Under the pieces are notes generated by a model. It searched no databases, was not told the DNA's origin, and saw only the letters and a list, made by a program, of their open reading frames with translations. The translations under genes were made by a program, and so were the position numbers. From an uncultured Clostridia bacterium (lineage in GTDB: Bacteria; Bacillota; Clostridia; UBA1381), in assembly GCA_934476675.1 (NCBI GenBank), contig CAKSOE010000007.1, forward strand, positions 1-64,000: a stretch of DNA of 64,000 bases, written 5' to 3'. Shown in pieces: positions 45,249 through 54,503 of the stretch; the stretch's first letter is position 1; each line of letters begins with the position of its first letter.

Positions 45249-45310
45249 TTTTTTTGTAAATTCATGTCGAATTATTGCATACGATTTTTTTTATTTTTTC
45301 TTGTAATATC

Positions 45311-45339
45311 TTGACACAAAAACAGTTTTATTGTAAAAT
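45311..45339 (+). promoter_or_regulatory. promoter TTGACA-17-TAAAAT
   Basis: ttgaca caaaaacagttttattg taaaat. Confidence 0.45.
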
Positions 45340-45425
45340 AAACGTACAGAAACGAACATTTAAATGAAATGTTACAATTTTGGAATATACATATAACAAA
45401 AATGAATGGTTGGAGGAAAAATTTC

Positions 45426-45557
45426 ATGCTCATCGATGAATTAACAAAAGAATTTAATGAACTCCTTAAGGAAAAAAACTTTAATTATTCAAATCCCGAT
45501 GTGGTTGAAAAGGGACTTGAATTAGAAAAGGAAATGTTTAAAAATTTCCAAAATTAA
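45426..45557 (+). CDS. small acidic protein (43 aa), hypothetical
   Basis: GGAGG RBS + ATG (track's longer 62-aa version lacks RBS); MLIDELTKEFNELLKEKNFNYSNPDVVEKGLELEKEMFKNFQN; own promoter and terminator. Confidence 0.35.
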   Translation: MLIDELTKEFNELLKEKNFNYSNPDVVEKGLELEKEMFKNFQN

Positions 45558-45573
45558 CACACATTTACAACTA

Positions 45574-45610
45574 AAAAGGATATTGCGGATTAAATCGCAA
45601 TATCCTTTTT
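45574..45610. terminator. bidirectional hairpin terminator between small ORF (+) and galM (-)
   Basis: aaaaaggatattgcg-gattaaat-cgcaatatccttttt. Confidence 0.6.
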
Positions 45611-45619
45611 CAATGTGCT

Positions 45620-46663
45620 TTATTTAACGCTGAATCTGTATTCCGTGGTATGGTCGTAGACAGCATTCTTTTTAAGTACCGGAGACGGGAAGTGCGTAAA
45701 TTTCGCCGCATTCGGGAAAGCCTGTGTCTCTAAGCAGAAGCCGTGGTGATTTGCATATTTTGCTCCGTTTTTGCCTGTATTCTCATTGTCTATATTAGTG
45801 GTATAAAGCTGTACTCCCGGCTGATTTGTATATGTTTCCATAACGATTCCGTTTGCCGGATTTTCCGCAACTGCGCAAAGTCTGTAACCCTCGCCCGCAA
45901 CGGCAAAATTATGGTCATAGCCGCCGAACATCTCAGTCTGCTCAAAATCAGCATCAATATCGTCGCCTATCTGCTTTGCCTCCCTAAAATCAAACGGTGT
46001 TCCGTCAACTTTAAGCACTTCGCCGTTCGGTATACATTCGTCCGTATTCGGCGTATAAAACTGCGAATTTAATTTAAGCAGCTGATTTGTCATCTTAGCT
46101 CCGTCATGACCGTTAAGATTGAAATAGCTGTGGTTTGTCATGTTGCATATTGTATCTTCGTCGCATTTTGCCTTATAATTAATCATAAGAGCATTTTTTG
46201 AGGTAAGCGTATATGTAACCGTAACATCAATAGTTCCCGGAAAACCCTCCTCGCCGTCCGGTGAGGTTAAGGATAGTACCAGAGACGGTTCTGCACCGTC
46301 CTCTGCAATTACATCCCACACTCTCTTACTGAAACCGCCCTCACCTCCGTGAAGATTGTTTCTGCCGTCATTCGGCTCAAGCTTATACGTTTTTCCGTTA
46401 AGCACAAATTCCGAGTTCGCTATTCTGTTGGAATTTCTTCCCACCAGCGCGCCGTAATAGCCTCTTTTGTTTTCATATTCTTCCAGGGTATCGTAACCCA
46501 TAACCACATCAACTGTCTTGCCGTTTCTATCCTTTACGCACAGTGTCCTTACCACACCGCCATAGCTTAGAATTTCTGCACTTATTTCGCCGTTTTCAAG
46601 CTTATAAGCAAAAACCTTTTCGCCGCTTTTTGCCGTTCCGAATTCTCTCTTTATAATTGACAT
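45620..46663 (-). CDS. galM: aldose 1-epimerase (galactose mutarotase)
   Basis: GGAGG RBS + ATG at ~46663 (MSIIKREFGTAKSGEKV...); mutarotase motifs (..HGG..GF..., GYDHNF, HHGFCLETQ); track start 46738 is an upstream in-frame extension. Confidence 0.85.
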   Translation of the reverse strand: MSIIKREFGTAKSGEKVFAYKLENGEISAEILSYGGVVRTLCVKDRNGKTVDVVMGYDTLEEYENKRGYYGALVGRNSNRIANSEFVLNGKTYKLEPNDGRNNLHGGEGGFSKRVWDVIAEDGAEPSLVLSLTSPDGEEGFPGTIDVTVTYTLTSKNALMINYKAKCDEDTICNMTNHSYFNLNGHDGAKMTNQLLKLNSQFYTPNTDECIPNGEVLKVDGTPFDFREAKQIGDDIDADFEQTEMFGGYDHNFAVAGEGYRLCAVAENPANGIVMETYTNQPGVQLYTTNIDNENTGKNGAKYANHHGFCLETQAFPNAAKFTHFPSPVLKKNAVYDHTTEYRFSVK

Positions 46664-46889
46664 TGTTTTTCCTCCAGATTTTTGTGATACAGCCGTCATC
46701 AAACGTGCTGTTATAAATCTCATTTCACTGCAAGGCATAGTCCGTAAATGTGTATTTCAGAAAACACATTATTAATACAGTACGTATTTGCAAAAAACAT
46801 ATGCCATAGCACATTTCCTACGTTAAATGCGCAAAACTCACCCGACGGCGTACGCTTAGTACTCCGAGCAGTGAGTTTCGCTTTAAATC

Positions 46890-46918
46890 CAAAGGCGCAT
46901 TAAGCCGCCGCGCCTTTG
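46890..46918 (-). terminator. hairpin downstream of surface-protein gene
   Basis: caaaggcgc-attaagccgcc-gcgcctttg; weak T-run. Confidence 0.35.
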
Positions 46919-46955
46919 AATAATCTGTACAAAATCCGTACAGTCTCTTTATTCA

Positions 46956-48308
46956 CTATTTAATTTCGCTGAACCCCGTCAATGCAACTGTGGCTATATT
47001 AGCTTTGTCAACATTTGCATTCTCCAAAGCTGCAATTGCATTTTCCTGTGCCGAAACAGTTTTTACAACCGTAATTACAATATTTACATCTGCACCCATT
47101 ATTGCAAATGTAAATTCTCCCTTAGAATCTACCGTTTGCTCTACACCGTTAACCATTATCTTAGCTTCGTAGCCATTCTCCGGTGTTACTTTAACTGTTA
47201 CAGATGTTCCGTTTATCAATGCCGAATGATCTTCCGGCGTTACAGTAACCGTACAATGTTCAACTTCATTTACAGTTACCTTATATGTTTCTGCTGCCGG
47301 AGCACCCAACTCCTTAAAATCTGACCACAGAACTGTCTTTATATTTTCTTCTTTAACTCCGTTTTCTCCCGCTTTAAGCGCTTCGACAGCCTTTTCAACA
47401 GCTGTTTTTTCAACAACCTTTGTCTTAAATGTTACTTTTACAGTTACATCATTTGCCGGCATTGTGAATGTATATTTTCCGTCTGTCAAAGGTACTACAT
47501 TATCTCTTTCCATTACGGTATCAACTTCATAGCCCTCATTCGGATTCGGTGTTATGGTTACAATCGTTCCCTCTTTAACATCCGAAGACGGATTTACCGT
47601 TACCGTACCGTTTTCAGTCGGTGCTGTCGTTACGGAATAGGTCTTTTCTTCCGGTTCTCCGATTGCCTTGAAATCCGACCATTTTACAACATTGATGTCG
47701 CTGTCTTTTAATCCTGCCGCTTTAAGAGCCTTTGTTGCTTTTTCAACAGCTGTCTCCTGTGTAACTACCGCTTTAAAGCTTACCGTTACGGTTACGTTAT
47801 TTGCCGGCATTGTGAACGTATATTTTCCGCCTGCTGCCGTCAATACGGTGTCGCCGAGCTTTACAGCGTCAACCTCAAAGCCCTCATTAGGAGCAACCGT
47901 AAGTTCAATCTTTTCACCCTCTGCCGCTATTGCTTTGCTTGGGGTACATGTTCCGTTTGAATCGGCATTTACCGTTACCGTGTATGTATTAACCTTTGTG
48001 TCTGACGTTATAACGTCATTCTTTCCGACAGGAGTAATCTTATTGCCCTTAACGGCAATAACCTTTGTCGAAGCAGCGTCCGTTACCGAAACAGCTGTTC
48101 CGTTCCACTTCGTAAAGCCTGTCATTCTTCCGCTTACATCGTATTTTACGATGTAAACAAAATCCGCACCGTCCGGCTTCTTGATGTCCTTGATTGCGGT
48201 AACCTTATACGAGCTGTCATAATCGTACTTTGTGACGATGTTTTCTGCAAACGCAGCGCCGTTGTAAAGCAATGCCGCAGCCATAATTGTAGAAATAATC
48301 TTCTTCAT
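46956..48308 (-). CDS. secreted cell-surface protein with three Listeria-Bacteroides/InlB-B-type beta repeat domains
   Basis: MKKIISTIMAAALLYNGAAFA signal peptide; three ~70-aa units (..GTCTPSKAIAAEGEKIELTVAPNEGFEVDAVKLGDTVL..YTFTMPANNVTVTVSF) separated by conserved helical linkers (ETAVEKA.KALKAAG...WSDFK). Confidence 0.6.
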   Translation of the reverse strand: MKKIISTIMAAALLYNGAAFAENIVTKYDYDSSYKVTAIKDIKKPDGADFVYIVKYDVSGRMTGFTKWNGTAVSVTDAASTKVIAVKGNKITPVGKNDVITSDTKVNTYTVTVNADSNGTCTPSKAIAAEGEKIELTVAPNEGFEVDAVKLGDTVLTAAGGKYTFTMPANNVTVTVSFKAVVTQETAVEKATKALKAAGLKDSDINVVKWSDFKAIGEPEEKTYSVTTAPTENGTVTVNPSSDVKEGTIVTITPNPNEGYEVDTVMERDNVVPLTDGKYTFTMPANDVTVKVTFKTKVVEKTAVEKAVEALKAGENGVKEENIKTVLWSDFKELGAPAAETYKVTVNEVEHCTVTVTPEDHSALINGTSVTVKVTPENGYEAKIMVNGVEQTVDSKGEFTFAIMGADVNIVITVVKTVSAQENAIAALENANVDKANIATVALTGFSEIK

Positions 48309-48327
48309 AACCTTTTGTCCTTTCTTG

Positions 48328-49257
48328 TTATAAATTATAAATTTTTTTTACTTTTTCGTATGCCTCATGCAGTACGTCTCCGTCCGCATCGAGCCAAATT
48401 ATACGTTTGTCACGCCGAAACCATGTCAGCTGACGCTTTGCGTAACGCCGCGAGCTTTGCTTAATAAGCTCCACAGCCTCGTCAAGACTTGTCCCGCCGC
48501 TAAAATATGCAATAAGCTCTTTATAGCCGATTGCTTTCATTGAATTTAATGCAGTTGTGTAACCCCTTTCCATAAGACCTTTTACCTCGTCAAGGAGTCC
48601 CTCCTCAAGCATTATATCAACTCTTTTGTTTATTCTGTCGTACAAAATCCGTCTGTCGTAATCTATACAAAACATAATCGGGTCATAGCGTCCCTCATGT
48701 TGTTTTGTCATCTCCTGGTGCGCTGAAATGGTCGTTCCCGTAAGTCTGTAAAATTCAATCGCGCGTATTATCCGCCGCAGATTATTCGGATGCAGCCTTG
48801 CCGCGCTTATCGGGTCAATCTCCTTTAACATTTCAAGCACCGCTTCGTTGCCGTGCGTTTTTGCATAATCCGCCAATTCCTCACGAAGCGCATAATCCGT
48901 TTCGGTTTCACCGAACGTCACATCATCAACCACTGAATTTATATAAAGTCCCGTTCCGCCGCACATAACGGGGAACTTATGCCGTGACAGAATATCACGG
49001 ATTACCTCATGCGCCGCCTCGGTATAATCGGCAACGCTGAACTCCTCGTCCGGCTCAACGAAATCTATAAGATGATGCTTTACCTGTTTTCTTTCGTGCT
49101 CTGTCGGCTTTGCCGAGCCGATGTCCATGTATTTGTAAATCTGCATACTGTCAGCCGAAACTATCTCTCCGCCCACAAGCTTTGCCAAGCCGATTGCAAG
49201 CGATGTTTTTCCGGAGGCGGTAGGTCCCGCCACAACTATCAGGGGCAGCTTATTCAT
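48328..49257 (-). CDS. miaA: tRNA dimethylallyltransferase
   Basis: MNKLPLIVVAGPTASGKTSLAIGLAKLVGGEIVSADSMQIYKYMDIGSAKPT; 4-nt overlap with mutL stop. Confidence 0.9.
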   Translation of the reverse strand: MNKLPLIVVAGPTASGKTSLAIGLAKLVGGEIVSADSMQIYKYMDIGSAKPTEHERKQVKHHLIDFVEPDEEFSVADYTEAAHEVIRDILSRHKFPVMCGGTGLYINSVVDDVTFGETETDYALREELADYAKTHGNEAVLEMLKEIDPISAARLHPNNLRRIIRAIEFYRLTGTTISAHQEMTKQHEGRYDPIMFCIDYDRRILYDRINKRVDIMLEEGLLDEVKGLMERGYTTALNSMKAIGYKELIAYFSGGTSLDEAVELIKQSSRRYAKRQLTWFRRDKRIIWLDADGDVLHEAYEKVKKIYNL

Positions 49258-51248
49258 ACTATTCGCTTAAATTCCTTTTCGAGTTCTTTCTTGCTCATTG
49301 TAACAATTATAGGCCGTCCGTGCGGACAGGTATTTATATTATGAAGTCTCAGAACATTGCGCACAAGAGTCTTCATTTCCTCCGTACTGAGCTTTCGGTT
49401 TGCTTTTATCGCAGTTTTACATGCTACACTATACATTATACACTCTTTTTTCTCAGATATCAACTCTTTTTTTAAATTTTTTGCCTGAAAAATTAATTCT
49501 TTTAGCAAAAGTTCGGTTTCACCGTACTCAACGTCCTGCGGAACAGCCCTTACAATGATAGAATCGTCGCCGAATTCCTCACATTCAAAGCCCATTTCGG
49601 TAAATGTTTCCTCATTGTCAAGATATGCCGAAAATTCTTCGCCGCTGAGATTTACCACAACAGGCTCAATCAGTATCTGCGAAACGGCAGATTTTGATTC
49701 AACCTCACGCTTTAATTCTTCATATTTAAGGCGTTCATGTGCGGCGTGCTGATCTATTATCATCATTTCATCGCCTTTTTCCGCTATTATATACGTATCG
49801 AATACCTGACCGACTATCTCAAAATATTCATCCGCAAACACCGTTGTTTCCTCCGGAGCCGGCGGCGCTGCCGGCTCCGGCTGTGTTATCGGTTCTGCCG
49901 CAGTCATTTCCGTCACTTCCGTTTTGACAGCCATATTTTTGCGTTCTTCTTTCGGCACGGAATCCGAAAGCTTTACGGACGACATATCGGTATTTAAAAA
50001 GTCTCTGTATTTTTCTTCAAGCGGTGATTCTTTTTTAACATCTTCTTTTATAAACGGATTTTTCTCCGGATTATAGAGAGGTGTTTCGGGGCGTTTTGTC
50101 ATATTTTTCGGAATATATGCCTCACGCTCGTCATTTTTCAAGCTTTTGGGAAGATTTTTTGCCAAATCCGACAGCGTCAGCTGCTCTTTATTCTCCTCCG
50201 GCTTAAATGCGCTTTCCGTTCTCTCAATCTTAGGTACGTTCGGCAGTGCATAAAGTGCATCCTTTACGCCGTAGTATACTATCTTATATATTTCCTGCTC
50301 GTCCGAAAATTTCACTTCCAGCTTTGTCGGGTGAACGTTTATATCTATTTTTCCCGGCTCGATTTCAAGATTTAAAACAGCAAACGGGAATTTTCCTATC
50401 ATTATCTGATTTTTATACGCTTCCTCCAACGCACGTGTCATGAGCGGACTTTTGATGCAGCGATGGTTTACAAAAAAGCACTGATGCGTTCTTTTCGCAG
50501 TCGAAACCGTTCCCTTGCCGACAAGTCCCGTAAGCTTTATTGCGCCGCTTATAAATTCCACCGGAATCGTTCCCTTTGCGTAATCCTTGCCGTAAACGGT
50601 ATACACCGCATTTTGCAGATTACTGTCTCCCGATGAAAACAGCTTTTCCTTGCCGTTTACAATAAGCCTGAACGAAATTTCCGGATGCGCAAATATAAGA
50701 CGCGTTATAACGTCCGTTATGTAGCCTGTTTCGGCAGCGTCTTTTTTCAGAAATTTCAAACGCGCCGGAGTGTTGTAAAAAAGATTTTCCACAACAATCG
50801 TTGTACCGTCGGGAGTTCCTGCGTCTGCGGAGGAAACAATTTCGCCGCCGCTGCAATTAACGCACACGCCCGTTTCGTCCTCGGCTCTTTTGGTATAAAG
50901 GCTCACCTGTGCAACTGCGCCTATACTTGAAAGAGCCTCGCCGCGAAAGCCTAACGTGTAAATCGCTTCAAGGTCGCTTCCGGTGCTGATTTTGCTTGTT
51001 GCATGGCGCAGAAAGCATATCTGCGCGTCCTCCGCGCTCATTCCGCTGCCGTTGTCGGTAACGCGCATATATGATGCGCCGCCGTTCTTTATCTCTACCG
51101 TAACCGCAGTTGCGCCTGCATCAATACTGTTTTCAGCCAGCTCCTTTATTACGCTCGCAGGACGTTCAACAACTTCGCCCGCCGCAATTTTGTTTGAAGT
51201 TTCCGTATCAAGTACATGAATTTTCCCCATATGCGTGTTTCCTTTCAT
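49254..51248 (-). CDS. mutL: DNA mismatch repair protein MutL
   Basis: GHKL ATPase N-terminus (IHVLDTETSNKIAAGEVVERPASVIKELAENSIDAGA); ATG overlaps mutS stop (TAATG). Confidence 0.9.
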   Translation of the reverse strand: MKGNTHMGKIHVLDTETSNKIAAGEVVERPASVIKELAENSIDAGATAVTVEIKNGGASYMRVTDNGSGMSAEDAQICFLRHATSKISTGSDLEAIYTLGFRGEALSSIGAVAQVSLYTKRAEDETGVCVNCSGGEIVSSADAGTPDGTTIVVENLFYNTPARLKFLKKDAAETGYITDVITRLIFAHPEISFRLIVNGKEKLFSSGDSNLQNAVYTVYGKDYAKGTIPVEFISGAIKLTGLVGKGTVSTAKRTHQCFFVNHRCIKSPLMTRALEEAYKNQIMIGKFPFAVLNLEIEPGKIDINVHPTKLEVKFSDEQEIYKIVYYGVKDALYALPNVPKIERTESAFKPEENKEQLTLSDLAKNLPKSLKNDEREAYIPKNMTKRPETPLYNPEKNPFIKEDVKKESPLEEKYRDFLNTDMSSVKLSDSVPKEERKNMAVKTEVTEMTAAEPITQPEPAAPPAPEETTVFADEYFEIVGQVFDTYIIAEKGDEMMIIDQHAAHERLKYEELKREVESKSAVSQILIEPVVVNLSGEEFSAYLDNEETFTEMGFECEEFGDDSIIVRAVPQDVEYGETELLLKELIFQAKNLKKELISEKKECIMYSVACKTAIKANRKLSTEEMKTLVRNVLRLHNINTCPHGRPIIVTMSKKELEKEFKRIV

Positions 51249-53848
51249 TACTCCAAATTTGCTTTCCGAACCAGCGTATACAGCGTATTCATCGCCTCAA
51301 TCGGCGTAAGCGTGGTTACGTCTATATCCTTCAAATATGCAGTGATTTCAAGTGCAGTGGTGTCTGCAAAGCCTATCTGGTCGGTTTGCTCGTCCGCTTT
51401 TTTATCGGTTTTGAATGCCGTATCTATTTCATCGTTCTCGATTTTCTTTAAAATCTCTTTTGCACGCGATATAACCTCCGACGGCAAACCTGCAAGTGCG
51501 GCAACCTCTATACCGTAACTGTCGTCCGTTCCGCCGCGGACAATTTTTCTTAAAAATGTTATTTCATCGCCGTGCTTTTTAACCGCCACGCGGTAATTTT
51601 TCACGCCGTCAAGCTTTTCTTCAAGCTCCGTAAGCTCATGATAGTGCGTTGCAAACAGCGTCTTTGCGCCGATTTTGCGCTTGTTTCTGATGTATTCCGC
51701 CACAGACCACGCAATCGAAAGTCCGTCAAAAGTGCTCGTTCCTCTGCCGATTTCGTCAAGAATTATAAGGCTGTTTTTCGTTGCGTTTTTAAGAATCGAG
51801 CTTACCTCATTCATTTCAAGCATAAACGTACTCTGTCCCGACGCTATATCGTCAGATGCGCCTACTCTCGTAAAAATCCTGTCAACCACACCTATTCTGG
51901 CGCTTTTTGCCGGAACAAAGCTGCCTATCTGCGCCATAAGCGTTATGACCGCAACCTGGCGCATATACGTCGATTTTCCTGCCATATTCGGTCCGGTAAT
52001 AATCATCATGCGGTTGTCATTGCAATCCAACAGCGTGTCGTTAGGCACAAACATTGAATTTTTCGACATTTTTTCAACCACAGGGTGCCTGCCGTCTTTT
52101 ATCTCTATAACTCCGCTGTCTGATATTTCGGGCATTGCAAAGTGGTTTTTAAACGCCGTTTCCGCAAGCGAACACAAAACGTCCGACACCGCTATTATAT
52201 TTGCAGTATGCTTCAAGCGTTCTATCTCTCCGGCTATGGCGCTCCTCACCTGCTCGAACACATACGCCTCGATATTTACTATTTTTTCGGCAGCGCCGAG
52301 GATTGTGTTTTCAAGCTCTTTCAGTTCCTGGGTTATGTAACGCTCGCAGTTCGCAAGCGTCTGTTTTCTTATATATTCCTCCGGTACCTGCTCCTTAAAC
52401 GAATTTGTGACCTCTATATAGTATCCGAATACCTTGTTATAGCCTATTTTGAGTTTAGGAATACCTGTTTTTTCGCGCTCCTTTTTCTCAACCTCCATAA
52501 GCCATTCCTTGCCGTTGTCACGTGCCTTGCGCAGACTGTCGATTTCTTCGTTAAAGCCCTCGCGTATCACATCTCCGTCTTTAAGGCTGACGGGGGGATT
52601 GTCCTTTATTGCACGCTTTAACAGGTCGCACACATCTTCAAGCAAATCGAAATTCTTTGACATTCCGCTCAGCAACGGTGATTTTGTGCTTTTAAGCGTA
52701 TATTCCAGCGACGGCAGCTTTATCAGTGTTTCACGCAGCGATACCATATCGCGAGGAGTTGCACTCGAAAGCGACAGACGGCTGATAATCCTCGAAATAT
52801 CGTATGTTCCCGACAGAACCTCGCAAAGCTCATCACGCAGCATCATGTTATCCGTAAGCTCGCGCACCGAATACAGGCGTTTGTTTATTTCAATCGGATT
52901 TATGAGCGGTTTTTCCACCCATTGCTTTAAAAGACGCGCACCCATGGCGGTATTTGTTCTGTCAAGTACCCATAAAAGAGAACCTTTTTTCGTCTTGTCA
53001 CGCATTGTTTCCGTGATTTCAAGGTTGCGCCGCGTTGCCGCATCAAGCTCCATATACTGCGCCGCAGTGTAAACATTGAGCGAATTTATATACGCAATAC
53101 TCGCCTTTTGGGCATATTCAAGATAGTTCAGCATTGCGCTCACCGCATTCACCGCATACGGCTTATCCGAAAGCTGCAATTCGTCAAGGCTGTTTTTGCC
53201 GAATTGTTCAAGCGTTTTTTTTGCTGTATCACCGCCGAAAAATTCATCTCCGCGTTCATCGGCGCTTATATGCAGTCGCATTTCTATATCTGCCGAAATG
53301 TTTTTTGCCGCCTCCGCATTGACGATTATTTCTTTCGGAGAATACCTTGCAAGCTCGTTTAAAACCTCGTCCTTACCGATAACCTCGGTGGTGTAAATTT
53401 CACCCGTGGAAACGTCCGACACCGAAATTCCGGCTGTATTTCCCGCCATATATATAACCGCAAGATAGTTGTTTGTTTTATCGTCCAGAAATTCCTCGTC
53501 TACAAGTGTTCCGGGCGTTACGACACGTATAACATCGCGCTTTACCATACCTTTGGCGGTTTTCGGATCCTCTGTCTGCTCGCATATCGCAACCTTATAT
53601 CCCTTGCTTATAAGCCTTGAAATATACAGTGCCGCCGCATGGTACGGTACGCCGCACATCGGCGCGCGTTCCTCCAAACCGCAGTCCTTTCCTGTCAGGG
53701 TAAGCTCCAGCTCCCTTGAAACCGTCAGCGCATCATCAAAAAACATTTCGTAAAAATCGCCTAACCGATAGAAAAGAATACTGTCGGGGTATTCCTCCTT
53801 TGTACTGATATAGTGCCGCATCATAGGCGATACTTGCTGCTTGTCCAT
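51248..53848 (-). CDS. mutS: DNA mismatch repair protein MutS
   Basis: 866 aa; N-terminal mismatch-binding motif (TPMMRHYISTKEEYPDSILFYRLGDFYEMFFDDA), Walker A GPNMAGKST. Confidence 0.9.
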   Translation of the reverse strand: MDKQQVSPMMRHYISTKEEYPDSILFYRLGDFYEMFFDDALTVSRELELTLTGKDCGLEERAPMCGVPYHAAALYISRLISKGYKVAICEQTEDPKTAKGMVKRDVIRVVTPGTLVDEEFLDDKTNNYLAVIYMAGNTAGISVSDVSTGEIYTTEVIGKDEVLNELARYSPKEIIVNAEAAKNISADIEMRLHISADERGDEFFGGDTAKKTLEQFGKNSLDELQLSDKPYAVNAVSAMLNYLEYAQKASIAYINSLNVYTAAQYMELDAATRRNLEITETMRDKTKKGSLLWVLDRTNTAMGARLLKQWVEKPLINPIEINKRLYSVRELTDNMMLRDELCEVLSGTYDISRIISRLSLSSATPRDMVSLRETLIKLPSLEYTLKSTKSPLLSGMSKNFDLLEDVCDLLKRAIKDNPPVSLKDGDVIREGFNEEIDSLRKARDNGKEWLMEVEKKEREKTGIPKLKIGYNKVFGYYIEVTNSFKEQVPEEYIRKQTLANCERYITQELKELENTILGAAEKIVNIEAYVFEQVRSAIAGEIERLKHTANIIAVSDVLCSLAETAFKNHFAMPEISDSGVIEIKDGRHPVVEKMSKNSMFVPNDTLLDCNDNRMMIITGPNMAGKSTYMRQVAVITLMAQIGSFVPAKSARIGVVDRIFTRVGASDDIASGQSTFMLEMNEVSSILKNATKNSLIILDEIGRGTSTFDGLSIAWSVAEYIRNKRKIGAKTLFATHYHELTELEEKLDGVKNYRVAVKKHGDEITFLRKIVRGGTDDSYGIEVAALAGLPSEVISRAKEILKKIENDEIDTAFKTDKKADEQTDQIGFADTTALEITAYLKDIDVTTLTPIEAMNTLYTLVRKANLE

Positions 53849-53887
53849 TTAAACGGGATTCTCCTTTGTCTGTAATTTATTCTTTCA

Positions 53888-54265
53888 TCAGTGACAGCCT
53901 CCGCAGGAGCTGCAATCATGAGTGCAGCTCGGATCTGCGCCTGTAATATAGTAATTCAGTATCTGGTTTACCTGCTGTACCATTGCGTCAAACTCCTGCT
54001 TTGCCCGAACGTATTCTTTGATAATCGGTGATTTTTCGCACATATCATTGAAAGCGTCCGTATTCTTTTTTATTGCGTCCTCACGCGAAATTTTGCCGTT
54101 TTGCATATCACGGGCAAGATTTATTCTGTTAAGGTTAAATTCTTTCATCAGCGCTGACGCTTCTTCGTCCTCGTTCTGCTTTGCTTCAAGCTCCTTTGCA
54201 GCTTTCATAAGCTCCGATTCCTGTATCATTTCTCCGAGTTCTCTTGTTTTTTCAAAAATATCCAT
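53888..54265 (-). CDS. ricA: YlbF/YmcA-family regulator (RicA-like by synteny) with C-terminal Cys/His cluster
   Basis: AAAGGAA RBS + ATG at ~54265 (MDIFEKTRELGEMIQESELMKAAKELE...); C-terminal CTHDCSSCGGCH; position between miaB and mutS as ymcA in B. subtilis; track start is TTG extension. Confidence 0.7.
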   Translation of the reverse strand: MDIFEKTRELGEMIQESELMKAAKELEAKQNEDEEASALMKEFNLNRINLARDMQNGKISREDAIKKNTDAFNDMCEKSPIIKEYVRAKQEFDAMVQQVNQILNYYITGADPSCTHDCSSCGGCH

Positions 54266-54334
54266 TTTATTGTTCCTTTCCGTGCCTTTGCACACAAAAT
54301 AAGTTAATTTTTTAATCCGCAAAAATTTTATAGG

Positions 54335-54470
54335 CTGTGGTGAGTACCGTACTCAATACGGCAGTATTGCGATTTATTCGTGTTCCTCACCCTCCGCTTG
54401 TCTTGGGGAAAATCTGCAAGAAATTTTCGTAGGTTGGGCGTTTGACGAGCGAGTGCCGTACTCAATGTAC
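54335..54470. repeat. two similar stem-loop elements (GTGAG/GAGTG ... CCGTACTCAAT ... CTCAC) in miaB-ricA intergenic region
   Basis: ggtgagtaccgtactcaatacggcagta...cctcacc and gagtgccgtactcaatgtactgcctcactc ~110 nt apart. Confidence 0.35.
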
Positions 54471-54503
54471 TGCCTCACTCAAAAACGTGCAAGATACGGA
54501 AAT

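Noticed and set aside
51572-53753. Multiple plus-strand ORFs antisense to mutS (and 49555-51451 antisense to mutL)
   Set aside because: They are embedded in highly conserved mismatch-repair genes. They are Arg/Ser-rich shadow ORFs without translation signals.
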